A stretch of 64,000 nt of DNA from Eledone cirrhosa. Lineage: Eukaryota. Positions 25,099-37,714 of the stretch are shown one piece after another. The stretch covers positions 70,184,001 to 70,248,000 of the forward strand of contig OZ024740.1 of assembly GCA_964016885.1 (NCBI GenBank), given 5' to 3'. The notes below the pieces were generated by a model, which was not told where the DNA came from, did no database searches, and saw nothing but the letters and a program-made list of their open reading frames with translations. Position 1 is the stretch's first letter; every line of letters begins with the position of its first letter. The position numbers and the translations under genes are program-made.

Positions 25099-26777
25099 TT
25101 AGTAAACTAGGTGTTGACGAATGGCTTGTGAGAGCTATACAAGCCATGTATAAAGAAACAGTCAGCAAGGTTAGAATTAACAACGAATATAGTGAAGAGT
25201 TTAGTGTAAAAGTTGGTGTACATCAGGGCTCTGTTCTTAGCCCCCTACTATTTATGATTGCCCTTCAGGCTATAACAGTGGAGTTCAAGACCGGCTGCCC
25301 ATGGGAAGTCCTATACGCAGATGATCTAACGCTCATAGCCGAATCAATGGCCGAGCTAGAGAAGAAATTCCAAACATGGAAGCACGGCCTAGAATCAAAA
25401 GGGCTTAAAATTAACCTGGCAAAGACTAAAGTTCTAGTTTGTAGGAAAGAAAATAAGGCGACGGTCCCTTCCGGGAAATGGCCATGCTCAGTGTGTAGGA
25501 AAGGCGTAGGTAGAAACTCCATTTTATGTCCCAAATGCAAAGTATGGGTGCATAAAAGATGTAGTGGGATCACAGGTAAGCTAACTAAGAACATAGATTT
25601 TACATGTGGCCGGTGCTCTGGTGCAATAAGTAGCAGCAAGTGCCCACAAAAATACTAGCTCTTTCAATTGCACAGAGGGTTCTATAGAAATAGTGGACAG
25701 CTTCGGTTACCTGGGTGACAAAATCAGCAGTGGGGGAGGGTGCTCTGAAAGTACAGTAGCTAGAGTCAGAACTGGATGGAAAAAGTTCAGAGCTTATACC
25801 ACTATTAGCCACTAAAGGGTTCTCCCTAAAAATTAAAGGCAGGTTGTATGATGCCTGCATACGAACAGCAATGTTGCATGGCAGTGAGACCTGGGCATTG
25901 TGTGCAGAGGATATACGCAGACTAGAGAGGAACGAAGCTTGCATGCTCCGCTGGATGTGTAATAGTAACATACGTGAACGGCAAAGCATAAGCGAACTAA
26001 GGAAAAAATTAGAAATAAGAGGGATCAGATGTTGTTTACTCGAGAGAAGGCTACGTTGGTATGGTCACGTGATGCGCATGAAAGACGACAGCTGCATAAC
26101 AAAGTGCAGGGCAATAAAGATAGACGGTAGCTACGGAGTAGGCAGACCCAGAAAAACCTGGGACGAGCTGATAAATTCCGACCTCACACAATTACACCTC
26201 TCCAAGACAATGTCACTGGACCGAGACCTTTGGCGGTACTCAGTAATAGAGAAGACCCGCCTTACCTAAATACAAAGTAAAACCTACTACAGTCAGTAGG
26301 CATCTCAAACAAAATACACCCCCGTCCCACCACCCCCACCCCATCCACACCGCCCCTTTCAATGTAAAGTTATGTTGGTGCCACAACATCCAGGCCGAAA
26401 CAAATGAGATCGTGTAGGTGTCACGACAAAAAAAACACAGTCCACGCTGTAATGTGGCCGTGTACGCAACACGGTAAAAACCTCCCAGACCCACACTGTA
26501 AATGTGGTTGGTGTTAGGAAGGGCATCCAGCTGTAGAAAACCCGCCAGACAGTCCACGCTGTAATGTGGCCGTGTAGGCAACACGGTAAAAACCTCCCAG
26601 TCCCACACTGTAAATGTGGTTGGTGTTAGGGAGGGCATCCAGCTGTAGAAAACCCGCCAGACAGTCCTATGCGAGCAAGACAATCACTCTTGCCTCAAGT
26701 GGGAAAACCCCCGTCCAAACCCATGCAAGCGTGGAACACGGACGTTAAACGATGATGATGATGATGATGATGATGAT
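25099..26777 (+). mobile_element. RTE-type LINE, 5'-truncated, two frameshifts, Cys/His finger after RT, (GAT)n tail
   Basis: GVHQGSVLSPLLF, YADDL, INLAKTK, SFGYLG, LHGSETW, RRLRWYGHVMR and GRPRKTW. Tail at 26751-26777. 5' end abuts (TA)n. Confidence 0.92.
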
Positions 26778-26780
26778 CTA

Positions 26781-27060
26781 TATATAATCAAGGTTTAGCA
26801 AATAGAGAAAAAGTTTTAAAATAAATTTCAAAAAGTTTACTTTACTTACTATATTTACCCTTACCGCGCGGTTTCAAGTCTCAAAATAAATGGATAATAC
26901 ATATGGAACACCATTGAGTAGGAAACTTTCGTCAGAGGGTTCTTCTCACTCGGAGATTATAAAATTCCCGAGTTCAAATCACGAACTGGTGCCATACAGA
27001 ATTCCCGGATGAGAGTGTATGATAAGGAAACAATCTTGTCTATTGCACTAGAGAAGATTG
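26781..27060 (-). mobile_element. Hammerhead-bearing repeat family H (pLTR-like), copy 1
   Basis: Homologous to 27604-27894, 28091-28383 and, inverted, 39405-39680. Confidence 0.75.
26857..26940 (-). ncRNA. Type-I hammerhead, intact core
   Basis: ACCCU-CUGACGA-AAGUUUC...GAGACUU-GAAA-CCGCGCGG-UA-AGGGU. Confidence 0.8.
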
Positions 27061-27108
27061 TTTCCTTATCATACATATATATATAAAGATTTATATATAT
27101 ATATAAAG

Positions 27109-27154
<46 letters not shown>

Positions 27155-27396
27155 ATATATGGAGCGGCTGTTCTATTTCGCCCCACTCGCCCCCTCCCCC
27201 CCAGCTCTGGCGCTGACCGGGGCTGCCGGTCAACAGCAGCCTTCGTCAAGGCCAATGTCTCGTCATTTGGGCGAGCGCCCATTCCAAGCATATTTATATA
27301 TTTATATATATATATATATATATAAAGAAAAAGAGATGAAATCGAAAATGCAACTCACAGATGTAAGAAAAACCACAGACCCTCCTTCTCAACTCA

Positions 27397-27434
27397 CCTT
27401 TTGAAAAGCAGAAGAACTGCGAAACCGGTAAAGG
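27397..27434 (+). ncRNA. Decayed minimal hammerhead
   Basis: CCUU-UUGAAAA (for CUGAAGA)-GCAG-AAGAA-CUGC-GAAA-CCGG-UA-AAGG. All stems are perfect; the core has two substitutions. Confidence 0.6.
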
Positions 27435-27565
27435 AACCAAATAAATATATATATTTTTTTTTAAAATAAGACTCCAGTTGCATTTTCCATTTCATCTCTT
27501 TTTCTTTATACTTTCACTCGTGTAGGACACCTCGGTTATTTTTCATTTTGTAAAAAAAACCTCAC

Positions 27566-27603
<38 letters not shown>

Positions 27604-27610
<7 letters not shown>

Positions 27611-28383
27611 CAAAGTTTAGCAAATAAGAAAAGGTTTCAAAATAAATTTCAAAAAATTCACTGTACTTACTATGGTTACCTTTACCGAATTGGTTTCGAG
27701 TCTCAAAAGTAAATGGATAGTCCTTGCGGGCTTCCATTGAAAAGATAAACTCTCGTCAGAAGGTTCTTTTCACTCGGAGAATATAAAATTCCCGAGTTCA
27801 AATTACGAACTGGCGCTATTCAAAATTGTTCCCGAGATGAGAATGAATGACGTGGAAGCAATTGTGTCCAGTGCCGTGTGTAAAGATAGAAGGCAGGGGC
27901 AGGGAGGTCAATCTACTACCACTATAAATAGCAGTAGTCAAAACGACAAGGTTTCATCTCGACCAGGGGGAGATTAATAATAATGAAATATATATCCCTA
28001 CACGCAAAAAACGCATAGGGACACGTGTATTATCCAACCATATGCCAATGTGGTTCAATAGCAGGTTAATAAATTAACGAGCCAGAACATATATAATCAA
28101 GGCTTAGCAAATAAGAAAAAATTTCAAAATAAATTTCAAAAAATTCACTGTACTTACTATGGTTACCTTTATCGAATCTGTTTCGAGTCTCAAACATAAT
28201 TAGAAAGTCCTTGCGGGCTTCCATTGAAAAGATAAACTCTCGTCAGAAGGTTCTTTTCACTCGGAGAATATAAAATTCCCGAGTTCAAATTACGAACTGG
28301 CGCTATTCAAAATTTTTCCCGAGATAAGAATGAATGGTGTGGAAGCAATTCTGTCTAGTGCCGTGTGTAAAGATAGAAGGCAA
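27604..28383 (-). mobile_element. Family H tandem (period 487 bp) with hammerheads at 27678-27764 and 28165-28251
   Basis: Two ~290-bp direct repeats around a ~195-bp spacer, between (TA)n tracts. Motif ACCUU-CUGACGA-GAGUUU...AGACUC-GAAA-CCAAUUCGG-UA-AAGGU. Confidence 0.78.
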
Positions 28384-28539
28384 TATATATATATATATAT
28401 ATGTCCCTGTGTGTGTGTGTGTGTGTGTATGTCAGGTCACATATGAACGTTACTGGTAACAGATAACCAATCTTCAGTTCGTCGATGACTAAAATGGCAA
28501 TCTCACCAGGCCTGCTTTGTGTTTAATTTTTAGACATTC

Positions 28540-30165
28540 TATAGCAGGAGTGTCAACCATGCTACTCAAGAATGTAAAGATTTTAGGGGCCGAAGGCTGC
28601 TTTCAAAGAAAAACATTTTCACTGGCTGAAGCTCACTTCTCAAAGGATAAAAAGCTGTTTCCGAAAGTAAAAGATGTTCATAACCTAAAGCCAGTTATTC
28701 AAGGGAAAGCATCTTCGCAGCCTAAATCCTGCTCCTGGAAGAAATTTTGAACTTTACTTTGAGAACAAAGCAAAAATATTTTAGCTGGCTGGAAACTGAA
28801 TTTAAGAGAAAATAAATTTTCATACGCAGAAGAAGTATTCTCATAGGTAAATTTTCGTTGTTTCTGACTGCTTCCAAAGGTATAATTTTGTCCGGGGTGA
28901 GTTTTATGTCATTTGAAAACATTTCCACGGTTTCAAGCTTACTTTGCAAGGGAAAATATTTTCATAGGCTTCAAAATGCTTCTCAAAAGGAATAATTTTC
29001 ATAGGCTTGTGACTGCTTTCCTAAGAAAAAGATTTCACAAGCTGAAGACTTATTCTCAGAGGAAAATATATGTCTACCGGCTGAAGAGTGCATTTTCAAA
29101 CGAAATATTTCCATAGGTTGAAAAAGAAATTTCATATGCAATTGCTTCTCCATGAAAAAATGTTCACTATTCTGAGGTCCGCATTTCAAAGGTGAAAATT
29201 CCATTGACTGAAATCTGATCTGAATGTGCAACATTTTGACATGTTCAAATTTCTTTCTGAAAGGAAATATTATTTTGCAGATGAAAATAATTCGCACAGG
29301 CAAAAGCCTGTTTCTTCAAAGACAAAAAAATTGAAACCTATATCACATTAAGTTTCCTTCTCAAAGGAAAAGATTACACTGGTTGAAGATGGACTTTTAA
29401 AGAGAAAAATGTTCACAGTCTAAAGATAGACTCTGACAAGGGAAATTTTCCAGTCTGAAGTCTTCTTCTCAAATGAAAAACATTTACACTGTCTGACGAC
29501 AAAGAAATTTCATTGACTGAAGACTGCTTCTCAAAGGAAAAGGATTTAAAGTTTATAGCCTGCTTTTAATAGAACATGTTTTTTGTTTGTTTTGTTTGTT
29601 TTTTACAGATAATTTCCTACTTGTCAAAGAAGAACATATTCACAACCGAAGTTTTGTTTCGAGAAATAAAATAGTGTTCTCGGCCTGAAGCTGATTTAGA
29701 AAGGAAAACATCGACAGAAGCCTACTTTTTAAAAGTAAACGTCTTAAAAGGCTTGTCTTCTCAAAGGAACAAAACCATTTTCACAGGCAAAAGTTTGTTT
29801 TATACAACGATAAATTTTCACAGACAGAAATCTGCTTCCGAACGCGAAACAATTTCTGTCTGAAATATACTTCTGAAAGGAAATGTTATTTACAAACAAA
29901 ATAATGTTTTTTAATGAAAATAATTTTCTCTAGATGATGCCGAATTCAGAAAGAAAAACAAGTGCTACCTAGTTCTTCTTTCTGAAAGGACAACATTCTT
30001 TCAGCCTGGAAAGATAAGATTCTGAAACATAAAAATTCCGTAGCCTGAAGACCGATTCTGAGAATACAAAATGTTCGCAATCTAAAGATTGCTTTTCAAA
30101 AGAAAATTGTCCACGGCTGAAAATTGTTTTTCAATGAAAAACATTTCATAGACCTTAGAATTCTC
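28540..30165. repeat. Old degenerate tandem repeat, period roughly 36-40 bp
   Basis: Recurrent TTTTCAC(A/T)GGCTGAAGACTGCTTCTCAAAGGAAAA-like units. Confidence 0.65.
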
Positions 30166-31241
30166 ACGAATTGAGGATTGATTTAAAAGGAAAAACATTT
30201 CACATGATCATACAATGTTATTATTGCTGTTGCTCGTGTTGCTTTTGTTGTTGTTTTTGTTGCTTTTGTTGTTTTGTTTTCTTGTTCATAGCTCAGATCA
30301 AACTAATTTATGTTCAAACATGGTCCTGTTGTGATCATCTCACCTATTCTTTTTGAGATTTAGTATCTACAGTTCTTTAGTTCATTGTGCTATTTCTGTT
30401 AGTTTGAGCAATATTTTGCTTCAAACACTGCAAACAATTGCACTAGAGGCTCTCTCCTTGATTTAATAGACTCAAAACAAAACAGTATTCTTTTGCTTTT
30501 GATTGTTTTTTGTTGTTTGTGTTTCTTTCTTTAATATTTATTCTTAATTTTTGTACAAACGGTCTAATGCACATTGAAATTGATTGGATAATACGAGCAA
30601 AAAAAAAAAAGAATCACCACATTAACACAAGTAGTAATTTCCTGAGTGCTAAATCACTCTATCCTATTGCGTCTGTTGCATTAGCAAACGACGTTACAAT
30701 GTTTTATAGGTTTGACCAATATTGCAATGTTATTACAACGAGTCGTGAGGTTAAAAAATTGATTCGCAATTTTGAAACAAAGCAGTTCATTTAAATCGGT
30801 TAAATTTTAAGATTTTTCAAATGTGCTTTTATATATATATATTTTTTTTTTTTATTTCATTTTAAAAACCAAAATTAATATTATGTATTTTCATTAATTC
30901 TTCTATACATTCTATTTTATATATTGTTATCTATTTCTTCATTTCTTTGTTTCTTTCTTATTTTTCAAATCACATGACTGACTTAAATTTATTGTTTCTT
31001 ATTTTTTCTAATGTATTCTATATTCGATTTTCTTCCGAACTGTCTCATTGATTCAAATTTCACGGTTCGGTTCGTTATTGTAACAAGCTCAGTACATTTG
31101 CATTTCTTTTCTATTGTAACTAAGTTCTGTTGTTTATTTTCAATTTCCTGTCTTGTGTAAAATGATGTTGAATTAACAGATATTGATTAATTCTTTAGGT
31201 TTTTGTTCAGTCTTTTCTAAAAAGTACGCATTTTATGTGTA

Positions 31242-31308
<67 letters not shown>

Positions 31309-31431
31309 TGTATGTGTGTGTGTTTGTGTGCGTGTATGTGTATGCATATATGTATGTATATAAATATATATATGCATATATATATACATACATATATGCA
31401 TACACACGCACACACACACACACACAAACAG

Positions 31432-31473
<42 letters not shown>

Positions 31474-31756
31474 CATGTGTGTATATAAAGAGGAAAAAGA
31501 GAGAGTGATTCTATTTGTTCACCGATAATTATTGAAAAGCTTGAAATAATTTGAATAATTCGAAAACACTTCTCATAATAAAGATTTTCATGAATAAAAT
31601 TCGGTGTATATATGTAGATGAACAGATTCGGCGCTCCTACGTAATAAATAGCTGATGACAGACGAGAGATGCGAGGTTCGGTTCTTCACACACTCTTCTG
31701 TCCATTTTTATCTGTCTCCAGGGGTAGCTTACTTCATTTTCTCAATCATTATTTAT

Positions 31757-32142
31757 GGGCGTTGGATTGGCAGTATCGGTAGAGGGTCCGACAGCATGCT
31801 TTACAGCAAAGAGTTACGGCCCTTAATGGTCTGAGTTCAAATCAGGCCGAGGTTAACTTTGCCTTTCATCCTTACGGGGTTGATAAAATAAAATATCAGG
31901 GGATGATTGGTATAATTGCTGGCCTTGTGCCAAAAGTAGAAACAATTATTTATGGGGAATTGGCAGTATCGGTAGAGAGTCGGACGCCATGCTTTCTAGC
32001 ATAGAGTTACGTCCCTTTATGGACTTAGTTCAAATCCCGCCGAGGTTAACTTTGCCTTTCATCCTTACGGGGTCGATAAAATAAAGTACCAGTAATGTAC
32101 TGGATAATTGCTGGCCTTGTGCCAAAAGTAGAAACAATTATT
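31757..32142 (+). mobile_element. Two tandem family A SINEs
   Basis: A box TGGCAGTATCGG, B box GTTCAAATC, core and 3' end in both copies. Confidence 0.9.
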
Positions 32143-32284
32143 TATAGTGATCGACTATTGTTGCAGTCACTTGTTGGGGTATGCTTACATTTCAAATTTT
32201 AAATTTTCTCAATTCTAAAATCAACCGGATTGTTTATATATGTATATATGTATATATAAATATACATAAGTATGTGTATGTGAG

Positions 32285-32359
<75 letters not shown>

Positions 32360-32371
32360 GGTCTAAAGGGG

Positions 32372-32690
32372 GGTTGGGTAAAGACAATCTTTGGTCACGA
32401 ATGACCATTGGATTTGCAACTAGCATGTTCCCCTCCGAGGCACAATCCATGCAATGTTGTTTGAGGAAGACCAGTACTCGCCCCTGTTTTCCAGGCTTCC
32501 CTCTCTATGCCATGGATGTTATCCTACAGAAAGGCAAATCCAAATACAGCTTGGCACTAGTGACGTCGCAACTCATTTCTTCAGCTGAGTGAACTAGAGC
32601 AACGTCAAATAAAATGTCTTTCTCAAGAACACAACGCAAAGCCCGATCCGAGAACTCACATGCTCATGATTGTAAGACCGACGCTCTAAG
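32372..32690 (-). mobile_element. tRNA-derived SINE (CORE-like, distinct 3' part)
   Basis: Reverse complement has GCGTTGTGTTCTTGAGAAAGACATTTTATTTGACGTTGCTCTAGTTCACTCAGCTG, shared with 8825-8895. Confidence 0.55.
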
Positions 32691-34199
32691 TATTTTGTAT
32701 ATCTAGCGATATATGGTATGTTTAGTAAGCCTTCAGCCATGAATTTGGAAACTAAAGGAATATGTATTTAATCCCAGAAAGAAAAATTTTATATAATTTG
32801 ATCGGCTGAAACTAGAACTGACAACTGCTTACAGCTTATTACGTGGGCTTCATGCTGTTCGTCAGGTCGTCATTTTGCAACAGATTTTGAAGTGTTTAAC
32901 TTTACTGGTTAGCAGCTTATGACACATTTTGATCTCTTGATTCCACATGCATTGATGTGAAGGCTTATACACGCATATACATATATGTGTATGTGTGTAT
33001 GTATTTACTTTTGTGTGTATGTAAGCGTTTAAGCTATTTATTTCGTAACACTATCATGACTTTTTTATCATAATGGTGGCATCCTTGAGAAACTGATTCT
33101 TTATGGTGCAGATTACACAGAGGCGAATTATTGGACTTTAAAACATCGCAGATTTATACAAACTTGTATAATTGTTTTCAATATGTGACAATCTCTGCGA
33201 TAAATAAATAAATCACTAAATAACATTGCAGTGTAGCAGCGTTGTGAAAATATATAAAGCGCTTGTGAAGGACTGCGTGATACGTATGTTGTTATGGCCT
33301 GTAACAGGATTTGACGTCGAGGAAGGTGGACTATCTTCTTCTTCGCCCACTTATTCCTGAGAGGGTCATGGGGGCAGAGTCTTCAAACACTTTTTCCAGA
33401 GGGTCCTATCAGAAGCAACCGTCTCCAGTTGATCCGGATGGATCCCCAAGCAAGACAAGCCAAGCTCTGCCTGAGCAAACTGAGGACATTAAGACAGTGT
33501 GGGGATTGTTCAGTGCAGCAGTTTCTGCTACAGCTAAGGTGGACTGATTAGTAGAAAATGGAGTCGTAGTTATTTTCTTGGTGTTGTCAAAACAGGAAGT
33601 GTAAAACACTAGGTTTATCAGTTTGTCTAACTGTAAGATGAAACTATTCTTATATAGGAGAATAGGATGCATTACTAGAAGAAAGGGGCACAAAGTATGG
33701 CTATCACTGGCCTTTTTTATATTCTTTACTGTCGCCACATAAATATATTATGACATTGTACTAATATGATAGAAACCAATATTAAATCATAAAATAAAAA
33801 CCTTCATTCCACTATAATGTTGAATGCAAGGAAAATATCAAATGCAGTTTATGTGTTTTGTGGTATTTTAGCTGGATTTTTCGGTACTGGGAAAGACTAA
33901 GCTATATAAAGAAAAAAATCTGTAGAGAATATTTGTTTCATTTGTTTCTTTCTGAACTTTTCCCTCCACTTTTATTACATTCTATCAGAACGTATGTAGT
34001 TTTTTTCTTTTTTTTCTTTCTTTCTTTATTTATTTTCAAGAGTATTTTTTCTGCAGTTTAGCTCAATGTAAGTTTATATTACATGCGTTCTTTAATTTTT
34101 ATCTTTATTTTTTTACTCTTTGACATTTCCTTTGTTTCTTTAGACACTTTAGATTGCAGATATTTTAAGACCATCTATCTATCGATCTCTCCCACTTTC

Positions 34200-34250
<51 letters not shown>

Positions 34251-34321
34251 AAGGTGTGGTAAGATAACAGGTGGACCATAACGCAACAGAATACTCGATA
34301 CTTGGGGTAGTAGAGTGGGTA

Positions 34322-34445
34322 ATATGTAAAGATTCAGGACTCCGACGGCTGAGCTCCTGCCGTTTCGACAGCTAGAACCGAACGTTCGAATCTAGCTGTC
34401 GAAATGGCCGGAGCTCAGCCGTCGGGGTCCCGAATCTTTTCATAT
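34322..34445. repeat. Spacer-less GC-rich palindrome with 62-bp arms
   Basis: Centre AAC|GTT at 34383/34384, about 7 mismatches between arms. Confidence 0.9.
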
Positions 34446-34454
34446 ATATATATA

Positions 34455-34775
34455 TTATAAGATTGTAGGGAAGTTGAACGCAGAAATACCCGTAAAAGAG
34501 CCGGCTGCTATGATGATCTTAGCAAAGAGTCGGGTTAAACAAAATCCCTTAATGAATGGACGAGCAATCAAAGAAGAGAAAGAGAAAATCCGGGGGTGGG
34601 GAGAAGAAGAAGAAGAAGAAGAAGAAGAAGAAGAAGAAGAAGAAGAAGAAGAAGAAGAAGAAGAAGAAGAAGAAGAAGAAGAAGAAGAAGAAGAAGAAGA
34701 AGAAGAAGAACGCGGGAACGAAAATGAAAGAGCGTATATTGTTGACATGGAGAAGTAAGAATAGGGTAACAGTGG
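34455..34775 (-). mobile_element. Partial inverted copy of the 35121-35688 element, containing (GAA)n at about 34603-34710
   Basis: 34460-34580 matches the reverse complement of about 35525-35640; 34715-34772 matches the reverse complement of about 35249-35310. Confidence 0.65.
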
Positions 34776-35120
34776 AGATACTCAGCATTAAATAACATGA
34801 TATGATTTCGCACGATAAAGAAGGATTGTGTATTTTAGGCTATCTCTTACAACAGAATCAAAATTTCTGTTAGTGTGACGTGTGTAGGTAGACAACAAGA
34901 CATCACAGAACAAAACAATACAGCTGTAGAATAAACGCATCAACTCTGGACTGCGACAGGCAGGAAAGAGGGAGTCACGTCTTCTGGAGATAACAGCGGC
35001 AGCAGGTGAGTTGACGGCGAAAGTAGTAGTAGAGGTGGCAGTAGTAGGGAAAAAGGGAAAGAAATAAAGAGTTATCCGTCCATCATAGAAAGCCAGATTC
35101 GCTTATTATATGTATGTAAA

Positions 35121-35325
35121 CAACATGATATGAAACAATTTAGAGCGTTGAGTGTGTAAGTATTTCATACAATTGTAGAAACCTCGAGCGAAAAATAACT
35201 GTAAAACAGCCGTTTACTATGATGATCACAGCAAAGAGTCGAGTTAAACTGTTATCACATTCTTACGTCTCCATATCAACGCTATACGTTCTATCACTTT
35301 CATTCCATCATTCCTTCTCGTTCTA

Positions 35326-35409
<84 letters not shown>

Positions 35410-35688
35410 TTCTCTCTCTCTATGTCTCTCTCTCCCTCTCTTTCTCTCTCTATCTATCTATCTATGTATCGCTCCCTCTCCCATCTCTCATTATATGCGA
35501 TACGCTCTATTACTTTCATCCCCTCTCTCTTCTCTGACCGTTCCTCCGTTCATTAAGGGATTTGTTTAACCCTAGTCTTTTCTGTGATCATCAGCCGCAT
35601 GATTTACAGCTATTTCTGTGTTCGAGTTCCCTAAAATGTTCTGAAATATTTACACACTCAACCCTCCCAATTATTTCACATCATGTTT
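35121..35688 (+). mobile_element. MITE-like element with imperfect ~130-bp terminal inverted repeats and an internal (CT)n
   Basis: AACATGATATGAAA...GTTGAGTGTGTAA...GTTAAAC (35122-35249) versus GTTTAAC...TTACACACTCAAC...TTTCACATCATGTT (35564-35688). Confidence 0.65.
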
Positions 35689-35766
35689 ATATATTTACTT
35701 TGTAACTTCCCTCCTTGGGACCCTCGTTACTCCCTATCGGAGTTCCTGTTCTCCCCTATCCGAAAT

Positions 35767-35800
35767 TTCCTGATGAAGAACTTATGTCCGAAACGTTGAA
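35767..35800 (+). ncRNA. Minimal hammerhead motif
   Basis: UUC-CUGAUGA-A-GAAC-UUAU-GUCC-GAAA-CG-UU-GAA. Confidence 0.6.
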
Positions 35801-36044
35801 TCCTCCTCTACTTTCACCAAGCGTGAATATAACTATGTACAATCGCCTCCTGTGTTTTGTTCGTTCATCTTCAACTGTGTGTGTGTGAGTGTGTGTGTGT
35901 ATCCCGGGTAACCAGAGAAAGTAAGGTACTCAATACATAGCAGAGTATAAATATTTAAGGAGTAGAACAGTTTCATTCGAAGGAAATCATCATTTCCTGA
36001 TGATTTCATTCGAATGAGACAATTCTAGTCCTGTAGAAGCTATT

Positions 36045-36230
<186 letters not shown>

Positions 36231-36276
36231 ATAATAGTAAATTTGAAGACTAAAGTTCAAAGAGGGCTCGATAAGG

Positions 36277-36330
<54 letters not shown>

Positions 36331-37714
36331 CAGATTAAAGTTTAAGCAAAGAATCGCTGCTTTCACCCTTAACGGGATCTTCTGAAACTAAAAAAATCAA
36401 TCTGTGAACGCAGAAGGAAACATTTCGAAAAACGTTGCAACAGAAGGAAGACAGGAAGACGATACTTTGGTTCGTGGAGACGTTCCCTGGCAATGAACGA
36501 AAAAAAAAACGAAGATAATACGTCATTATTTGGAGCGGTGAGAACATTTACACGAGCCTTCTTTGGATGTTAGTCTTCAAATTTATTATTATTACTATAT
36601 ATATATATATATATATACATATGCATAAACATATAAATAGAAAGGGAGACAGAACAGAGAGATAAGCCTTTGAGGCTATATTCTTTTCGCCATTATTCTG
36701 ATTTCTGGTTTGTGTGTTTTTCACATCGACTGATATTCAATTCCCATTATCAAGTTCACTGTTCAGTAAAGTCAGTATCATATACCGTATATTACAGGGA
36801 AAACAGGTACAATTCAAACCGATAGTAGTGGCCTAATCGTAGTTTGACGGCATGACAGCTAATTACAGAATACCAAATATAGGTACTGCCCAATCTCATG
36901 TTGTTCGGTTTATAGCTCGTGAGATGTTGTCCCTTTTGTAACTTGTACGTAAATGTCTTATTTAAACGCTTGCATGTAAACACGATTTCTAATTTCTTTT
37001 TCAAAACATCGAAGTTTTATATGAGAATGTAGTATGTTTCACTTATGCAGAGTATATACTTCTTTTATCTGTTTACATACAGAGGTGGAGTTTCTAAAAT
37101 TGACTTATAAATGTTGGTTTAATAGATTTCTTTCTCCGTGAAATTGATTACATTCTCCTTCAAACCCCAGATATATTGGATTATGGGGATGATTTTACAT
37201 TTATCTCTCCTACTTAGATTTAATGGGATGTTTCAAGGTCTATTAGGTTAGTTATGACAGTGATTTTTAAATTTAATTCTCTAAATATTCTTGAATGTAT
37301 CTATATATGGGATGAGTGTGTATGTGCATGTGTAGGTTTCTACGTGTTCTTATACGCATTCTTTTCATTTCCCTCGAGGAAAATGTCTGCTGATGGGATA
37401 ATGCTAGAAATCAATATTTAAACCGTATAGAAATAATTTTTCCGCTTGTTGAATTTGAGAAAATATCAAATGTCGTTTATCAGGAATGATATTTTGTATG
37501 GAGCCTTCAGATTTGTAAGAAATAAATAAGTAAATAAATAAATAAATAAATAAATAAACGTAAAGGAACTGTCGAGAAATATATTTCATTTTTATTCTTC
37601 GCTGTTTTCATCCGTATGCATTTTTTACTATCATAAATATGTCGAATGTAAATAGGATTTTCCCCAATACAGATAAATTGTTTGAGTGTGTGTGTGTGTA
37701 AGTATGAGAATACG

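Noticed and set aside
28540-30165. Decayed C2H2 zinc-finger array
   Set aside because: The period is about 38 bp rather than 84 bp, and no frame shows CxxC/HxxxH/TGEKP.
33311-33738. Overlapping short ORFs as host exons
   Set aside because: No recognisable domain or splice support. More likely a decayed LINE 3' end, but I cannot assign it.
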